From Sphingomonadales bacterium 12-68-11 (lineage in GTDB: Bacteria > Pseudomonadota > Alphaproteobacteria > Sphingomonadales > Sphingomonadaceae), in assembly GCA_002279825.1 (NCBI GenBank), contig NCCV01000006.1, forward strand, positions 63,758 to 127,757: a stretch of DNA of 64,000 nucleotides, given 5' to 3'. Below the pieces are notes generated by a model. The model saw nothing but the letters and a program-made list of their open reading frames with translations, searched no databases and had not been told where the DNA came from. Positions 7,813 to 18,188 of the stretch are shown piece by piece (the first letter of the stretch is position 1; each line of letters opens with the position of its first letter). The translations under genes and the position numbers were made by a program.

Positions 7813-10752
7813 ATGATTCTGCCTTCGCGCGTGCTGCGCGCCGTCTCCTTCGCGCTGGCTTTCCTGGTTGCCGCGGTCCCCGTCGCCGCGCAAGTTGCGG
7901 CGCCTCAGCCGACGGTCGTTCCGACCGCAGCGCCCGCCCCGCAGCATGCGCGTCCCGACGATCCCTGGATCTATCGCGGTACCGACATCCCGGTCGATCG
8001 GCAGTGGCTGTTCGGCGAACTGCCCAACGGCTTGCGTTATGCGGTGCGCCGCAACGGCGTGCCGCCGGGCCAGGTCTCGATCCGCGTCCGGATCGATGCC
8101 GGGTCGCTGCATGAGCGGGATTCGGAGCGCGGTTTCGCGCACCTGCTCGAACACCTCACCTTCCGCCAGTCGAAGTATCTCGGCGACGGCGAGGCGATTC
8201 CCCACTTTCAGCGGCTCGGCGCCGGCTTCGGCAGCGACACCAACGCGCTCACCACCCCGACCCAGACCGTCTACAAGCTCGACCTTCCCAACGCCCGCCC
8301 GGCGGTGCTCGAAGACAGCGTCAGGCTTATTTCCGGAATGATCCGCGAACCCACGCTGAGCCCCGCCAACGTCGCGGCGGACCTGCCGATCGTGCTGGCC
8401 GAAGGGCGCGAAAGCGCCGGCCCCGCGCGGCGCATGAGCGATGCCACGCTGCAACTGTTCTTCAGCGGCCAGCGGCTCGCCGAGCGGCTCCCGATAGGCC
8501 TCGAGCGTACCCTGCAAGCCGCCAGCTCGGACAGCGTGCGCGCCTTCCACCGCCGCTGGTACCGGCCCGAGCGGGCCGTGGTGGTGCTGGCCGGCGACGC
8601 CGATCCGCAGTTCCTGGCCACGCTGGTCGAGCGCTACTTCGGCGACTGGCAGGTCTCTGGCGCGGGCGAGCCCGAGCCCGACTTCGGCGTTCCGACGGTC
8701 CCGCGCGGCGCGACCGGCATCAATCCGGTCGGCGAGACACGCGTGCTGGTCGAGCCGGGGCAGCCGCGGATGGTCACGCTGGCCTACTTGCGGCCGTGGC
8801 AGGGCGTGGTGGACAACCTCGAATACAACCGCGGCCTGCTGATCGACGCGATCGCCGAGGCGATCGTCAATCGCCGGCTCGAAAGCCGCGCGCGCGGCGG
8901 CGGGGACTTCCTGTTCGCCGGGGTCAATCGCGACAAGCCGAGCCGCTCGGCCGACGGGACCTACGTGTCGTTCGCCCCTCTGACCGCCGATTGGCAGGCC
9001 TCGCTGGGCGAAGTGCGCGCGGTCATCGCCGACGCCGTCGCCACGCCGCCGAGCCAGGAAGATATCGACCGCGAGCTTGCCGAGTTCGACATCCAGTTCG
9101 TCAACCAGGTCGAACAGAGCCGCAGCCAGGCCGGCGCGTCCCTCGCCGACGATCTGGTCAACGCGGTCGATATTCGCGAGGCGATCGCCTCGCCCGAGAC
9201 CTTCCTCGAAGTGTTCCGCGGCATGCGCGACCGCTTCACCCCAGCGGCGGTCCACGAACACACCCGCGCGCTGTTCACCGGCCGGGTCGTGCGCGCACTG
9301 CTGGTTACGCCCGAGCCGGGCGAGGCCGACGCCGCCGCGGTTCGCACCGCCATGCTGGCGCCGGTCGCCGCGCCCGCCGCGCGGGGCTCGGGCGCTGCGA
9401 TCCGGTTCGCCGACCTGCCGCCGATCGGAACCCCGCAGCCGCCTGCCGGTGGCGGTCCGCTCGGGCTGTTCACCGTCGATGACGTCGAAGGCTTCGTGTT
9501 CCCCAACGGAGTGCGCGCGTTGCTGCGCCCGACCGACAACGAGCCCGGCCGGCTGACGGTGCGGGTCCGCTTCGGCGCCGGGCGGCGCGCCTTCGCGCCC
9601 GACGAGGCGGTCTATGCCGCGCTCGGCGAAGCGGCGCTGATCCCGGCCGGGATAGGCCCGCTCGGCCAGGAAGAGCTCGACCGGCTTGCCACCGGGCGCA
9701 AGTTCGGGCTCGATTTCCGCATCGAGGAAGGGACCTTCGTGCTTGAGGGCCTGACCCGGCCCGACGATCTGACCGACCAGCTCTACCTGATGGCCGCCAA
9801 GCTGGCGCAGCCGGGGTGGGATCCGCAGCCCGTCGAGCGCGCCAAGGCCAGCGCGCTGCTGACCTACGAAGCGCAGAGCGCCAATCCCGGCGCGATCATC
9901 AACCGCGATCTCGACTGGCTGCTGAGCGACCGCGACCCGCGCTTTGCGACCCCGGCGCCCGAGGCGATCCGCGCGGCCACGCCCGAACAGTTCAAGGCGG
10001 TCTGGTCCCGGTTGCTCGAACAGGGGCCCGTCGAAGTCTCGATCTTCGGCGATTTCGAACGCGACAAGGCGGTCGAGGCGCTGTCGGCGACTTTCGGCGC
10101 CCTGGTGCCGAGGCAGCCCGCAGGCCCCGCCGACCTCGCCCGCGCGATCCGCTTCCCGGCCGGCAACGCGGAGCCGGTGGTGGTCAATCACCGCGGCGAA
10201 GCGGACCAGGCGGCGGCGGTGATCGCATGGCCGACCGCGGCCGGCTCGGCCGAGCTGCCGCAGAGCCGCAAGGTCGAGCTGCTCGCGCAAGTGTTCTCGA
10301 ATCGCTTGCTCGACGCGCTGCGCGAACACGAGGGCGCGAGCTATTCGCCCTATGTCGGCGCCACCTGGCCGCTCGACATCGACAGCGGCGGCCGCCTGAC
10401 GGCACTCGCGCAATTGCCGCCCGACCGCGTCGGGACGTTCTTCGACGAAGCCGACAAGATCGCCGCCGACCTCGCGCAGAACGGGCCGAGCGCGGACGAA
10501 CTGGCACGCGCGACCGAGCCGATGCTGCAACTGATCCGCCGGCTCATTCCGGCGCATGCTTTCTGGCTCAACCAGTTGCAGGGCGGGGCGTTCGATCCGA
10601 ACCGCTTCGCGCACTTGCGCACGCTGGCCGACGATTACTCGACCACGACCCCGCAAGAGCTGCAGGCGCTCGCCGCCCGCTATCTGGTGGCCGGCAACGC
10701 CTTTAGGGTCGCGGTGCTGCCCGAGGCGGGGGCCGCGCGCGGCGCGCGCTGA
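7813..10752 (+). CDS. M16 family (insulinase/pitrilysin-like) zinc metallopeptidase, secreted, duplicated two-lobe architecture
   Basis: HLLEHLTF matches the inverted zinc motif HxxEH. Signal peptide MILPSRVLRAVSFALAFLVAAVPVAAQ. About 980 aa. ATG re-picked at 7813. Confidence 0.88.
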   Translation: MILPSRVLRAVSFALAFLVAAVPVAAQVAAPQPTVVPTAAPAPQHARPDDPWIYRGTDIPVDRQWLFGELPNGLRYAVRRNGVPPGQVSIRVRIDAGSLHERDSERGFAHLLEHLTFRQSKYLGDGEAIPHFQRLGAGFGSDTNALTTPTQTVYKLDLPNARPAVLEDSVRLISGMIREPTLSPANVAADLPIVLAEGRESAGPARRMSDATLQLFFSGQRLAERLPIGLERTLQAASSDSVRAFHRRWYRPERAVVVLAGDADPQFLATLVERYFGDWQVSGAGEPEPDFGVPTVPRGATGINPVGETRVLVEPGQPRMVTLAYLRPWQGVVDNLEYNRGLLIDAIAEAIVNRRLESRARGGGDFLFAGVNRDKPSRSADGTYVSFAPLTADWQASLGEVRAVIADAVATPPSQEDIDRELAEFDIQFVNQVEQSRSQAGASLADDLVNAVDIREAIASPETFLEVFRGMRDRFTPAAVHEHTRALFTGRVVRALLVTPEPGEADAAAVRTAMLAPVAAPAARGSGAAIRFADLPPIGTPQPPAGGGPLGLFTVDDVEGFVFPNGVRALLRPTDNEPGRLTVRVRFGAGRRAFAPDEAVYAALGEAALIPAGIGPLGQEELDRLATGRKFGLDFRIEEGTFVLEGLTRPDDLTDQLYLMAAKLAQPGWDPQPVERAKASALLTYEAQSANPGAIINRDLDWLLSDRDPRFATPAPEAIRAATPEQFKAVWSRLLEQGPVEVSIFGDFERDKAVEALSATFGALVPRQPAGPADLARAIRFPAGNAEPVVVNHRGEADQAAAVIAWPTAAGSAELPQSRKVELLAQVFSNRLLDALREHEGASYSPYVGATWPLDIDSGGRLTALAQLPPDRVGTFFDEADKIAADLAQNGPSADELARATEPMLQLIRRLIPAHAFWLNQLQGGAFDPNRFAHLRTLADDYSTTTPQELQALAARYLVAGNAFRVAVLPEAGAARGAR

Positions 10753-10871
10753 GCCGCCCGGGCACGCCGCCGCGCGGTGGGGCCGGGGTGCAATATCGGA
10801 TGTAACCTTTGCATGGTCCGCCCGGCGGGCGTAAAGGCGCGGCCTTTCGAGTCACAGGACTTTTTCGCGCA

Positions 10872-12245
10872 GTGGCACAAGCTTGGACTCCCGATAGCTG
10901 GACGCGGTTCGAAGCCCGGCATCTGCCGGTCTACGAAGACGCGGCGGTGCTGGCGCAAGTCGAGCGGACGCTTGCCAACTATCCGCCGCTGGTATTCGCG
11001 GGCGAGGCGCGCGAGCTGAAAGCGCAGCTCGGCGAAGTGGCCGGCGGCCGCGGCTTCCTGCTGCAGGGCGGCGACTGCGCGGAAAGCTTCGCCGAGTTCC
11101 ACCCCAACAACATCCGCGACACCTTCCGCGTACTGCTCCAGATGGCCGTGGTGATGATCTTCGCCAGCAAGCTGCCGGTGGTGAAAGTCGGGCGCATGGC
11201 CGGGCAGTTCGCCAAGCCGCGCAGCTCGCCGACCGAGACCGTGGGCGACCTCACGCTGCCGAGCTACCTTGGCGACAACGTCAACGGCATCGATTTCACG
11301 CCGGGCAGCCGCCGCAACGATCCCGAGCGGATGGTGCGCGCCTACAGCCAGGCGGCGGCGACGCTCAACCTGCTGCGCGCCTTCGCCGGCGGCGGCTATG
11401 CCAACTTGCGCCAGGTCCATCGCTGGACGCTCGACTTCATGGGCCGCAGCCCGTGGGCCGACCGCTTCCGCGACGTCGCCGACCGGATCGGCGAGGCGCT
11501 CGACTTCATGGAAGCCTGCGGCATCGACCCGGAAACCGTGCCGCAGCTCAAGACCGCCAATTTCTACACCAGCCACGAGGCGCTGCTGCTGCCGTACGAG
11601 CAGGCGATGGCACGGCAGGATTCGCTGACCGGGCAGTGGTACGATACCAGTGCCCACATGCTGTGGATCGGCGATCGCACGCGCTTCGAAGGCAGCGCGC
11701 ATGTCGAGTTCCTGCGCGGCGTGGGCAATCCCATCGGCATCAAGTGCGGGCCGAGCCTGGAGCCGGACGTGCTGCTGCGCCTGCTCGACGTGCTCGATCC
11801 CGCGCGCGATCCGGGGCGGATCACGCTGATCAGCCGGTTCGGGCACGACAAGGTTGAAGCCGGGCTGCCGAAGCTGGTGCGCGCGGTGGCGCGCGAAGGC
11901 CGGCCGGTGGTGTGGAGCTGCGACCCGATGCACGGCAACGTCGTCAAGTCGGCGAGCGGCTACAAGACTCGGCCGTTCGACCGCATTCTCGCCGAAGTGC
12001 GCGGGTTCTTCGCCGTGCACCGCGCCGAAGGCACGCATGCCGGGGGCATCCATATCGAGATGACCGGGCAGGACGTCACCGAATGCACCGGCGGCGCGGT
12101 GGCGATCACCGACGAGGGTCTGGCCGATCGCTACCACACGCATTGCGACCCGCGGCTCAACGCGGCGCAGGCGCTCGAACTGGCCTTCCTGACCGCCGAG
12201 ATGCTCAATCTCGAACGCCTCGGACGGCGTCAACACGCCGCCTGA
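10872..12245 (+). CDS. 3-deoxy-7-phosphoheptulonate (DAHP) synthase, class II
   Basis: [19 protein letters not shown]...[12 protein letters not shown]-terminus and length are typical of class II (plant-like) DAHP synthases. ORF track starts at TTG 10809. GTG 10872 ([10 protein letters not shown]) is my preferred start and is uncertain. Confidence 0.88.
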   Translation: MAQAWTPDSWTRFEARHLPVYEDAAVLAQVERTLANYPPLVFAGEARELKAQLGEVAGGRGFLLQGGDCAESFAEFHPNNIRDTFRVLLQMAVVMIFASKLPVVKVGRMAGQFAKPRSSPTETVGDLTLPSYLGDNVNGIDFTPGSRRNDPERMVRAYSQAAATLNLLRAFAGGGYANLRQVHRWTLDFMGRSPWADRFRDVADRIGEALDFMEACGIDPETVPQLKTANFYTSHEALLLPYEQAMARQDSLTGQWYDTSAHMLWIGDRTRFEGSAHVEFLRGVGNPIGIKCGPSLEPDVLLRLLDVLDPARDPGRITLISRFGHDKVEAGLPKLVRAVAREGRPVVWSCDPMHGNVVKSASGYKTRPFDRILAEVRGFFAVHRAEGTHAGGIHIEMTGQDVTECTGGAVAITDEGLADRYHTHCDPRLNAAQALELAFLTAEMLNLERLGRRQHAA

Positions 12246-12322
12246 GCGGCCGTTTCCGGTATCCGCCGGTAACAGGGTGCTAACGCTGTCCTGCTAGTCC
12301 GCTCCCGAACGGGAGGATTGGC

Positions 12323-14140
12323 TTGGATCGCCTCACACGGCTGCGCGCTCCGCTCTCTGCCGGTCTCATCTGGATGCTAACCGCGTTCGCCAGCCTGTGG
12401 CTGAGCGAGAGCGGCGGTGCCGTGCTGCTGATCTGGCTGCCCAGCGCGGTCGCAGTAGTCGCGCTCCATACCGCGCCGGTGAGGCGCTGGCCGGGAATGC
12501 TGGCGGGCCTCGGCGCCGCGCAAGTGATCGTGGTGCTCGCATCGGGGTTCACGCTGGCCCAGGCCGTCGGACTGGCTTGCGCCTTTGCGGCCGAGGCGAC
12601 GGTGTGCGTTTCGCTCGGCATCTGGGTGCTCGGCGAGCGCAAACGCCTGCCCCGCACGATGCGGCATATCGCCGGCCAGTTCGGCGCGGCTGTCGCGGGC
12701 GCTGCCGCCAGTGCGCTTCTCGCGTGGCCGTGGCGCGCGGACGTTCAGCCGGAGGGGCTGGCGTGGTGGTTCCTGGCCAGCGTCCTCGGGATCCTCGTCG
12801 GCACGCCGATCCTGCTGCATTTGCGGCGCCGGTTCGGGTTCGACGATCCGCCGGTGGAGCCGCTGGAGGCTCCGGCCGCCGCCGGGCTGGCGGTGACGAC
12901 GGCGGCGCTGTTCGTGCTGGCGCTGATCGTCATGCGCATCGAGACGGCACCGCTTTACTGGCTGCTGGTGGTCGGGATCGTTTTTGCCGTGGTCCGCAAT
13001 GGCCAGCTCTCCGCCGCCTGCGGTGTGCTGGCCTACACCGCGGCGGCGACCGTCCAGAGCTTCGGCCACCGCAGTCCGATCGTCGCGCTCGACGTCGCGC
13101 CGTTCCAGGCGGGCGTATGGCTGCAGATCATGATGCTGGCGATGCTGGCCACCGCGCTGCCGATCGCCGCGATCCTGATGGCGCGCACCCGGCTCGAAGC
13201 GCAGCTCCGGCAGCAGAACCTCGAACTCAACGAAAACCTCTCCCTGCTGCGGCTCGCCGAGAACCTGGCGGGGATCGGCCGGTGGCAATACGACATGCGA
13301 AGCGGCCGGCAGATCTGGTCCGAGCAGATGCTGGAACTGAACGGCATGCCGCGCGAGCTGGCGCCCGATCCCGGCGATGTGCGTGCGCAACTGCCCGACG
13401 GCGGCGCGATCCTGTTCGGCCGCATCGCGCGCGAACGCGAGACCCGCGAGCCTTACGAGATCGAGTACCCGCTCATGCTTGCCGACGGAAGCGAGCGCCG
13501 GCTGCGGCTGGTCGCACGCAACCAGTTCGACCCGGCGGGCAACCGCGTGGGGCTGTTCGCGGTGGCGATGGACGTCACCGAACGCGTGCAGCGCGAGCAA
13601 GCGCTCGAGCGCGAGCGCGAGCGGGCGATGCAACTGGCGATCGTCGCGCAGAAACAAGCGCTGACCGACCAGCTCACCGGCCTGGCCAACCGTCGCTGCA
13701 CGCTCGAGCGGCTCGAGCGCCTGGTGGCGGCGAGCCGCAAGGACGGCGAGCCGCTCGCCGCGGTGATGTTCGACATCGACCATTTCAAGCTCATCAACGA
13801 CAGCTTCGGACACGCCACCGGCGACGCGGTGCTGGTCCGCGTCGGCGAGCTCGCGCGCCGCGAAGCGCGCGGCGGCGACCTGATCGGGCGCGTCGGCGGC
13901 GAGGAGTTCGTGTGGCTGCTGCCGGGCCTCGCGCCGGGCCGGGTCCCCGAACTCGCCGAGCGATTGCGCAGCGCGATCGAAGAAGGCAGCGCCGCAGGCG
14001 GGTTGCCGCGCGTCACCGTGAGCCTCGGCCATGCGCAGTTCCGCCCCGGCGACACCGGCGAGCGGCTGCTCGCCCGCGCCGACGCAGCGCTCTACGAGGC
14101 CAAGGAAGGCGGCCGCAACCGCGTGCGCCGGGCGGCCTGA
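12323..14140 (+). CDS. diguanylate cyclase, MASE1-like membrane domain + PAS + GGDEF
   Basis: 605 aa with multiple N-terminal TM helices, a PAS-like segment (GIGRWQYDMRSGRQIWSEQM) and a GGEEF active site. RGGD lies five residues upstream (RxxD I-site). Confidence 0.88.
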   Translation: MDRLTRLRAPLSAGLIWMLTAFASLWLSESGGAVLLIWLPSAVAVVALHTAPVRRWPGMLAGLGAAQVIVVLASGFTLAQAVGLACAFAAEATVCVSLGIWVLGERKRLPRTMRHIAGQFGAAVAGAAASALLAWPWRADVQPEGLAWWFLASVLGILVGTPILLHLRRRFGFDDPPVEPLEAPAAAGLAVTTAALFVLALIVMRIETAPLYWLLVVGIVFAVVRNGQLSAACGVLAYTAAATVQSFGHRSPIVALDVAPFQAGVWLQIMMLAMLATALPIAAILMARTRLEAQLRQQNLELNENLSLLRLAENLAGIGRWQYDMRSGRQIWSEQMLELNGMPRELAPDPGDVRAQLPDGGAILFGRIARERETREPYEIEYPLMLADGSERRLRLVARNQFDPAGNRVGLFAVAMDVTERVQREQALERERERAMQLAIVAQKQALTDQLTGLANRRCTLERLERLVAASRKDGEPLAAVMFDIDHFKLINDSFGHATGDAVLVRVGELARREARGGDLIGRVGGEEFVWLLPGLAPGRVPELAERLRSAIEEGSAAGGLPRVTVSLGHAQFRPGDTGERLLARADAALYEAKEGGRNRVRRAA

Positions 14141-14247
14141 GCCGAACGTCCTGGAGGCGGCTCCACCGGGAACGCCGCGGGCTTTGAGGGTTTCCTTTGG
14201 TAGCGCTCTGGGCCATCGTGGCCGGACCGGACACGCCGGAGGGTCGA

Positions 14248-15492
14248 TTGCCGCAAGCCCAGCGAACATCGCGCGTCACCGCGCCGGCAGGGCTTGCCGA
14301 GCGCTTTGCGGCAACGCGCGCGCTCAGCGGGGCGCTGGTGGCGCCGCTCAGCGAGGCGGACGCGGCGCTCCAGTCCATGCCCGATGCCTCGCCGGCCAAA
14401 TGGCACCTCGCGCATCCGACGTGGTTCTTCGAGACGTTCGTGCTGCGCGACCGGGTGCCGGGATATCGCCTCTATGACGAGCGCTGGCCGTTCCTGTTCA
14501 ACTCCTACTACGAAGCCGAGGGCGACCGCATCGCTCGCGCGGCGCGGGGCATGCTGTCGCGCCCGACCCTGGCCGACGTGATGGGCTGGCGCGCGCATGT
14601 CGATGCCGCATTGCAGCAACTGCTGGGCGATCCGGTCTTCGCCGATTTGCTCGAGCTGGGCATCGCGCACGAACAGCAGCACCAGGAACTGCTGCTGACC
14701 GACATCAAGCATGCGCTGTTCCAGAATCCCCTTGGACCGGCGATGTGGGATGCGCCCGCTCCCGACCCTATCTCACGCGGCGAGAGGGCTGGCGCTGAAT
14801 GGCACGAGCACCCCGGCGGCATCGCGCTGCTCGGCCACTCGGGGGACGGGTTCGCGTTCGACAACGAGGGCCCGCGTCACCGCGTGCTGCTCGAACCGTT
14901 CGCGCTCGCCGATCGGCTCGTCACCAATGCCGAGTGGGAGGCGTTCATCGCCGACGGCGGCTACCGCACGGCGTCGCTGTGGCTGTCCGACGGGTGGGCC
15001 TGGCTCCAGCAGAAGGGCATCGCCGCACCGCTCTACTGGCGTGACAGCGAGCACTTCACGCACAGTGGCTGGCAGGCGCGCGATCCAAACGCACCAGTGT
15101 GCCACATCTCCTATTACGAGGCCGATGCTTTCGCGTCCTGGGCCGGGGCGCGGCTGCCGACCGAATTCGAATGGGAAGCGATCGGACAGGGCTACGACCC
15201 GGCCGAAGGGAATCAACTTGATTCCAGCGCACCGCCGCTGCCGCGCGGCAGCACCGGGCTGTTCGGCGACTGCTGGCAGTTCACCCGCTCGGCTTACCTG
15301 CCCTATCCGCGCTTCCAGCCCGCCGCGGGCGCGGTAGGCGAATACAACGGCAAGTTCATGGCCGGCCAGTGGGTCCTGAAGGGGGCGAGCTGCGCCACCC
15401 CGCGCGGCCATTCGCGCGCCAGCTACCGCAACTTCTTCTACCCGCAGCAACGCTGGCAGTTCACCGGTCTGCGCCTGGCGAGGGACCTGTGA
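14248..15492 (+). CDS. egtB: ergothioneine biosynthesis sulfoxide synthase EgtB (DinB_2 + FGE-sulfatase domains)
   Basis: SPAKWHLAHPTWFFE and HEQQHQELLLTDIK (DinB-like), with an FGE-like C-terminal half (GDCWQFTRSAYLPYPRF...RNFFYP). ORF begins at TTG 14197. TTG 14248 has GGAGG upstream, but the start remains uncertain. Confidence 0.85.
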   Translation: MPQAQRTSRVTAPAGLAERFAATRALSGALVAPLSEADAALQSMPDASPAKWHLAHPTWFFETFVLRDRVPGYRLYDERWPFLFNSYYEAEGDRIARAARGMLSRPTLADVMGWRAHVDAALQQLLGDPVFADLLELGIAHEQQHQELLLTDIKHALFQNPLGPAMWDAPAPDPISRGERAGAEWHEHPGGIALLGHSGDGFAFDNEGPRHRVLLEPFALADRLVTNAEWEAFIADGGYRTASLWLSDGWAWLQQKGIAAPLYWRDSEHFTHSGWQARDPNAPVCHISYYEADAFASWAGARLPTEFEWEAIGQGYDPAEGNQLDSSAPPLPRGSTGLFGDCWQFTRSAYLPYPRFQPAAGAVGEYNGKFMAGQWVLKGASCATPRGHSRASYRNFFYPQQRWQFTGLRLARDL

Positions 15493-16478
15493 GCACCACC
15501 GGCGAAGCCCTCGCGCTCGTCGATCTCGACGAGGACGGCATCGACCGGGCGTTCCGCACGCAGGTGCTCGACGGGCTGGCGCAGCCGCACAAGGCCGTGC
15601 CCGCGCGCTGGTTCTACGACGAGGAAGGCTCGCGGCTGTTCGAGGAGATCACGCGTCTCCCGGAGTATTACCCGACCCGCGCCGAGGTAGAAATTCTCGA
15701 AGGCCGCCGCGCGGACTTCGCGCGGCTCATCGCGCCCGGCCAGGTCGTGGTGGAGTTCGGCTCGGGCTCCTCGCTCAAGACCCCGCTGCTGCTCGGCTCG
15801 ATCGATGCCGCCGCTTATGTCCCGCTCGACATCTCGGGCGATTTCCTGCGCGCCTCGGCCGCCGAGCTGGCGGGCAAGTTCCCGGGCCTGCCGATCCACC
15901 CCGTCGAAGCCGACTTCATGAAGCCGGTCGTGCTGCCCGCCGCGGTGGCGGGGCGCTCCAAGCTCGGCTTCTTCCCCGGCTCGACGATCGGCAACATGGT
16001 CGCGCCGACCGCGGTCGATCTGCTGCGCTCGATGCGCGAGACGCTCGGGGAAGGGGCGCAGCTGCTTATCGGCATGGACCTGATCAAGGATCCCGCCGTG
16101 CTCGAAGCCGCCTACGACGACGCTGCCGGGGTGACGGCGGCGTTCAACCTCAACCTCGCGCGGCGCATCAACCGCGAACTGGACGGCACGATCCCGATCG
16201 CCAAGCTGCGCCACGTCGCATGCTGGAACGACACCTGGGCGCGGATCGAGATGCATCTCGAAGCCACCGAGGAGATCGCCTTCGAGGTGTCTGGGCGGCG
16301 CTTCACGATGGCGCAAGGCGAGACCATCCACACCGAGAACAGCCACAAGTTCGACCGCCGCAGCCAGTACACGCTGCTGCTGGCGGGCGGCTGGACCCCG
16401 GTCGCGCGCTGGCTCGACCGCGAGGAGCGGTTCTCGCTGTTGCTGGCGGAGGCCACCCCGCCGCGCAACGCCCCGTGA
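15489..16478 (+). CDS. egtD: L-histidine N-alpha-methyltransferase EgtD
   Basis: PARWFYDEEGSRLFEEITRLPEYYPTRAE and the GSGSSLKT SAM motif. GTG start overlaps the egtB stop (GTGA). Confidence 0.88.
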   Translation: MSTTGEALALVDLDEDGIDRAFRTQVLDGLAQPHKAVPARWFYDEEGSRLFEEITRLPEYYPTRAEVEILEGRRADFARLIAPGQVVVEFGSGSSLKTPLLLGSIDAAAYVPLDISGDFLRASAAELAGKFPGLPIHPVEADFMKPVVLPAAVAGRSKLGFFPGSTIGNMVAPTAVDLLRSMRETLGEGAQLLIGMDLIKDPAVLEAAYDDAAGVTAAFNLNLARRINRELDGTIPIAKLRHVACWNDTWARIEMHLEATEEIAFEVSGRRFTMAQGETIHTENSHKFDRRSQYTLLLAGGWTPVARWLDREERFSLLLAEATPPRNAP

Positions 16479-16485
16479 GCGAACG

Positions 16486-17412
16486 ATGAGCGCCTGGCCT
16501 CGCCTCGACTACACAGCGGACCGGCCCACGCTCGATAGCGTGCACCTGCTGCTGCAGCTGCTCGGCAAGCTGCCGACGCGGCTCCACCCCTGGATCAACC
16601 ACGGCTGGCATGTCGCGCTGCGGATGACCCCGCGCGGCCCGATGACGCGCGACCTGCCGGCGGGCGAGCGGCACTTCACCGCCGCGCTCGACATGCTCGA
16701 CGGCACGATCCGCGTGGTGTGCGATACCGGCGCGGAATCGGTCGTCCCCGCCGCGCGCCGGACCCTTGCCCAGGTCCACGCCGATCTGTCCGCCTTGCTC
16801 CGGTCGCTCGGTCTGCCCGCCCCGCTTCACGGCAAGCCCAACGAACTGCCCGACCCGGTGGCGTTCGCCGACGATCGCCGGCCGCGCGCGTGGGACCCCG
16901 ACGCGGCGCAGCGCCTGCTTGGCGCGTTCCTGTGCGCCGACCGGCAGTTCAACGTGTTCCGCTCGCTCTATCGCGGGAAGTCCTCGCCCAGCCACTTGTT
17001 CTGGGGCAGCCTGGATTTGGCGGTCACGCGCTTTTCCGGCCGCACCGCGCCCGAACATCCCGGCGGGGTGCCGCACCTGCCCGATGCGGTGACGCGCGAG
17101 GCCTATAGCCACGAGGTCATCAGCGCCGGATTCTGGCCCGGCAACGATGCCTATCCGCACGCGGCGTTCTATGCCTATGCCTACCCGGTCCCGCCGGGGC
17201 TGGCCGAGGCCTCGGTCCTGCCCGCGGGCGCGTTCTGGCAGGCAGATATGGGCGAGTTCCTGCTGCCTTACCAAGCGGTCCGCGCCGCGCCCGATCCCGG
17301 GGCGGCTCTGCAGGCGTTCCTGCAATCGACCTATCAGGCCGCGGCCGAGCGGCTCCACTGGCCGCGCGGGCTCACCTTGGCAGCGGCGTCGATAGGCCGC
17401 CCGCCCGCCTGA
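16486..17412 (+). CDS. conserved hypothetical protein (resembles the DUF5996-type family, from memory only)
   Basis: 308 aa, no TM or signal peptide. N-terminus MSAWPRLDYTADRPTLDSVHLLLQLLGKLPTRLHPWINHGWHV. Starts 8 nt after the egtD stop on the same strand. Confidence 0.6.
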   Translation: MSAWPRLDYTADRPTLDSVHLLLQLLGKLPTRLHPWINHGWHVALRMTPRGPMTRDLPAGERHFTAALDMLDGTIRVVCDTGAESVVPAARRTLAQVHADLSALLRSLGLPAPLHGKPNELPDPVAFADDRRPRAWDPDAAQRLLGAFLCADRQFNVFRSLYRGKSSPSHLFWGSLDLAVTRFSGRTAPEHPGGVPHLPDAVTREAYSHEVISAGFWPGNDAYPHAAFYAYAYPVPPGLAEASVLPAGAFWQADMGEFLLPYQAVRAAPDPGAALQAFLQSTYQAAAERLHWPRGLTLAAASIGRPPA

Positions 17413-17455
17413 TCCGCTCATCGTAAAGCACGCCGAACCACCCTATATTCCCCGC

Positions 17456-18127
17456 ATGGACTTCGCGCCCGTCTGGGACCAGCTCTTCGACAACGTGCAG
17501 GCGATCCCGCAATCGGGCCTGCTGTTGGCCGCGCTCGCGGCGATGGCGGCGGGCGTGCTCGGCGCGGTGCTGCTGCGACCGTTGCCGGCGGTGGGCCGGT
17601 TCCTGCGCTTCGGCAGCACCCTCGGCCTGATGGCGGTGCTGCTGCTGGTGATCGCGCAAGTCTCGCGGCTCGACCCGCGCTACGAGATGGCAGTCCCCGC
17701 GATCGGGCTTCCCCAGCAGGTCGTCAAAGGCCGCGAGACCCGCGTTCCGCTGGCGAGCGACGGGCACTACTGGCTGCGCGCCGAGGTCAACGGCGTGCCC
17801 GCCAACTTCCTGGTCGATACCGGCGCGACGCTCACCGCGCTGTCTGAACGGACCGCCGCCGCCGCGGGGCTCGAGCCGCGCGGCGTGGGGATGCCGGTGC
17901 GGATGCAGACCGCCAACGGCACGGTCGCCGCCGAGATGACCTCGATTGACGAACTGCGCTTCGGCAATGTCACCGCGCGCGGGCTCGACGCGATCATCGC
18001 TCCCGGCCTCGGGCCGACCAACGTGATCGGCATGAACCTCCTCAACCGGCTCGCCTCGGTCCGGTTCGAGCAAGGCGTGATGATCATGGTGCCCAACAAC
18101 CCGCAGCCCGCGCTGGAGGTGCGTTGA
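17456..18127 (+). CDS. membrane-anchored retropepsin-like (clan AA, TIGR02281-type) aspartic protease
   Basis: Two N-terminal TM helices, then the VDTGATLTAL catalytic motif and a second IGMNLL flap-like motif. Confidence 0.75.
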   Translation: MDFAPVWDQLFDNVQAIPQSGLLLAALAAMAAGVLGAVLLRPLPAVGRFLRFGSTLGLMAVLLLVIAQVSRLDPRYEMAVPAIGLPQQVVKGRETRVPLASDGHYWLRAEVNGVPANFLVDTGATLTALSERTAAAAGLEPRGVGMPVRMQTANGTVAAEMTSIDELRFGNVTARGLDAIIAPGLGPTNVIGMNLLNRLASVRFEQGVMIMVPNNPQPALEVR

Positions 18128-18188
18128 CCTAGCAGGCCGCGTCGGTCACTTTCCCCTCAGACGAGAAGTCCTTGGGAGAGGGACACAT

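Noticed and set aside
7801-10656. Very long antisense ORFs opposite real genes. Examples: 951 aa opposite the M16 peptidase, 518 aa at 10680-12236, 630 aa at 12377-14269, 701 aa at 54589-56694, and 846 aa at 61205-63745.
   Set aside because: Their translations are Arg/Gly/Ala/Pro-rich low-complexity strings with no recognisable motifs, while the opposite strand carries clear family signatures. Open antisense frames are expected in DNA this G+C-rich because stop codons are A/T-rich.
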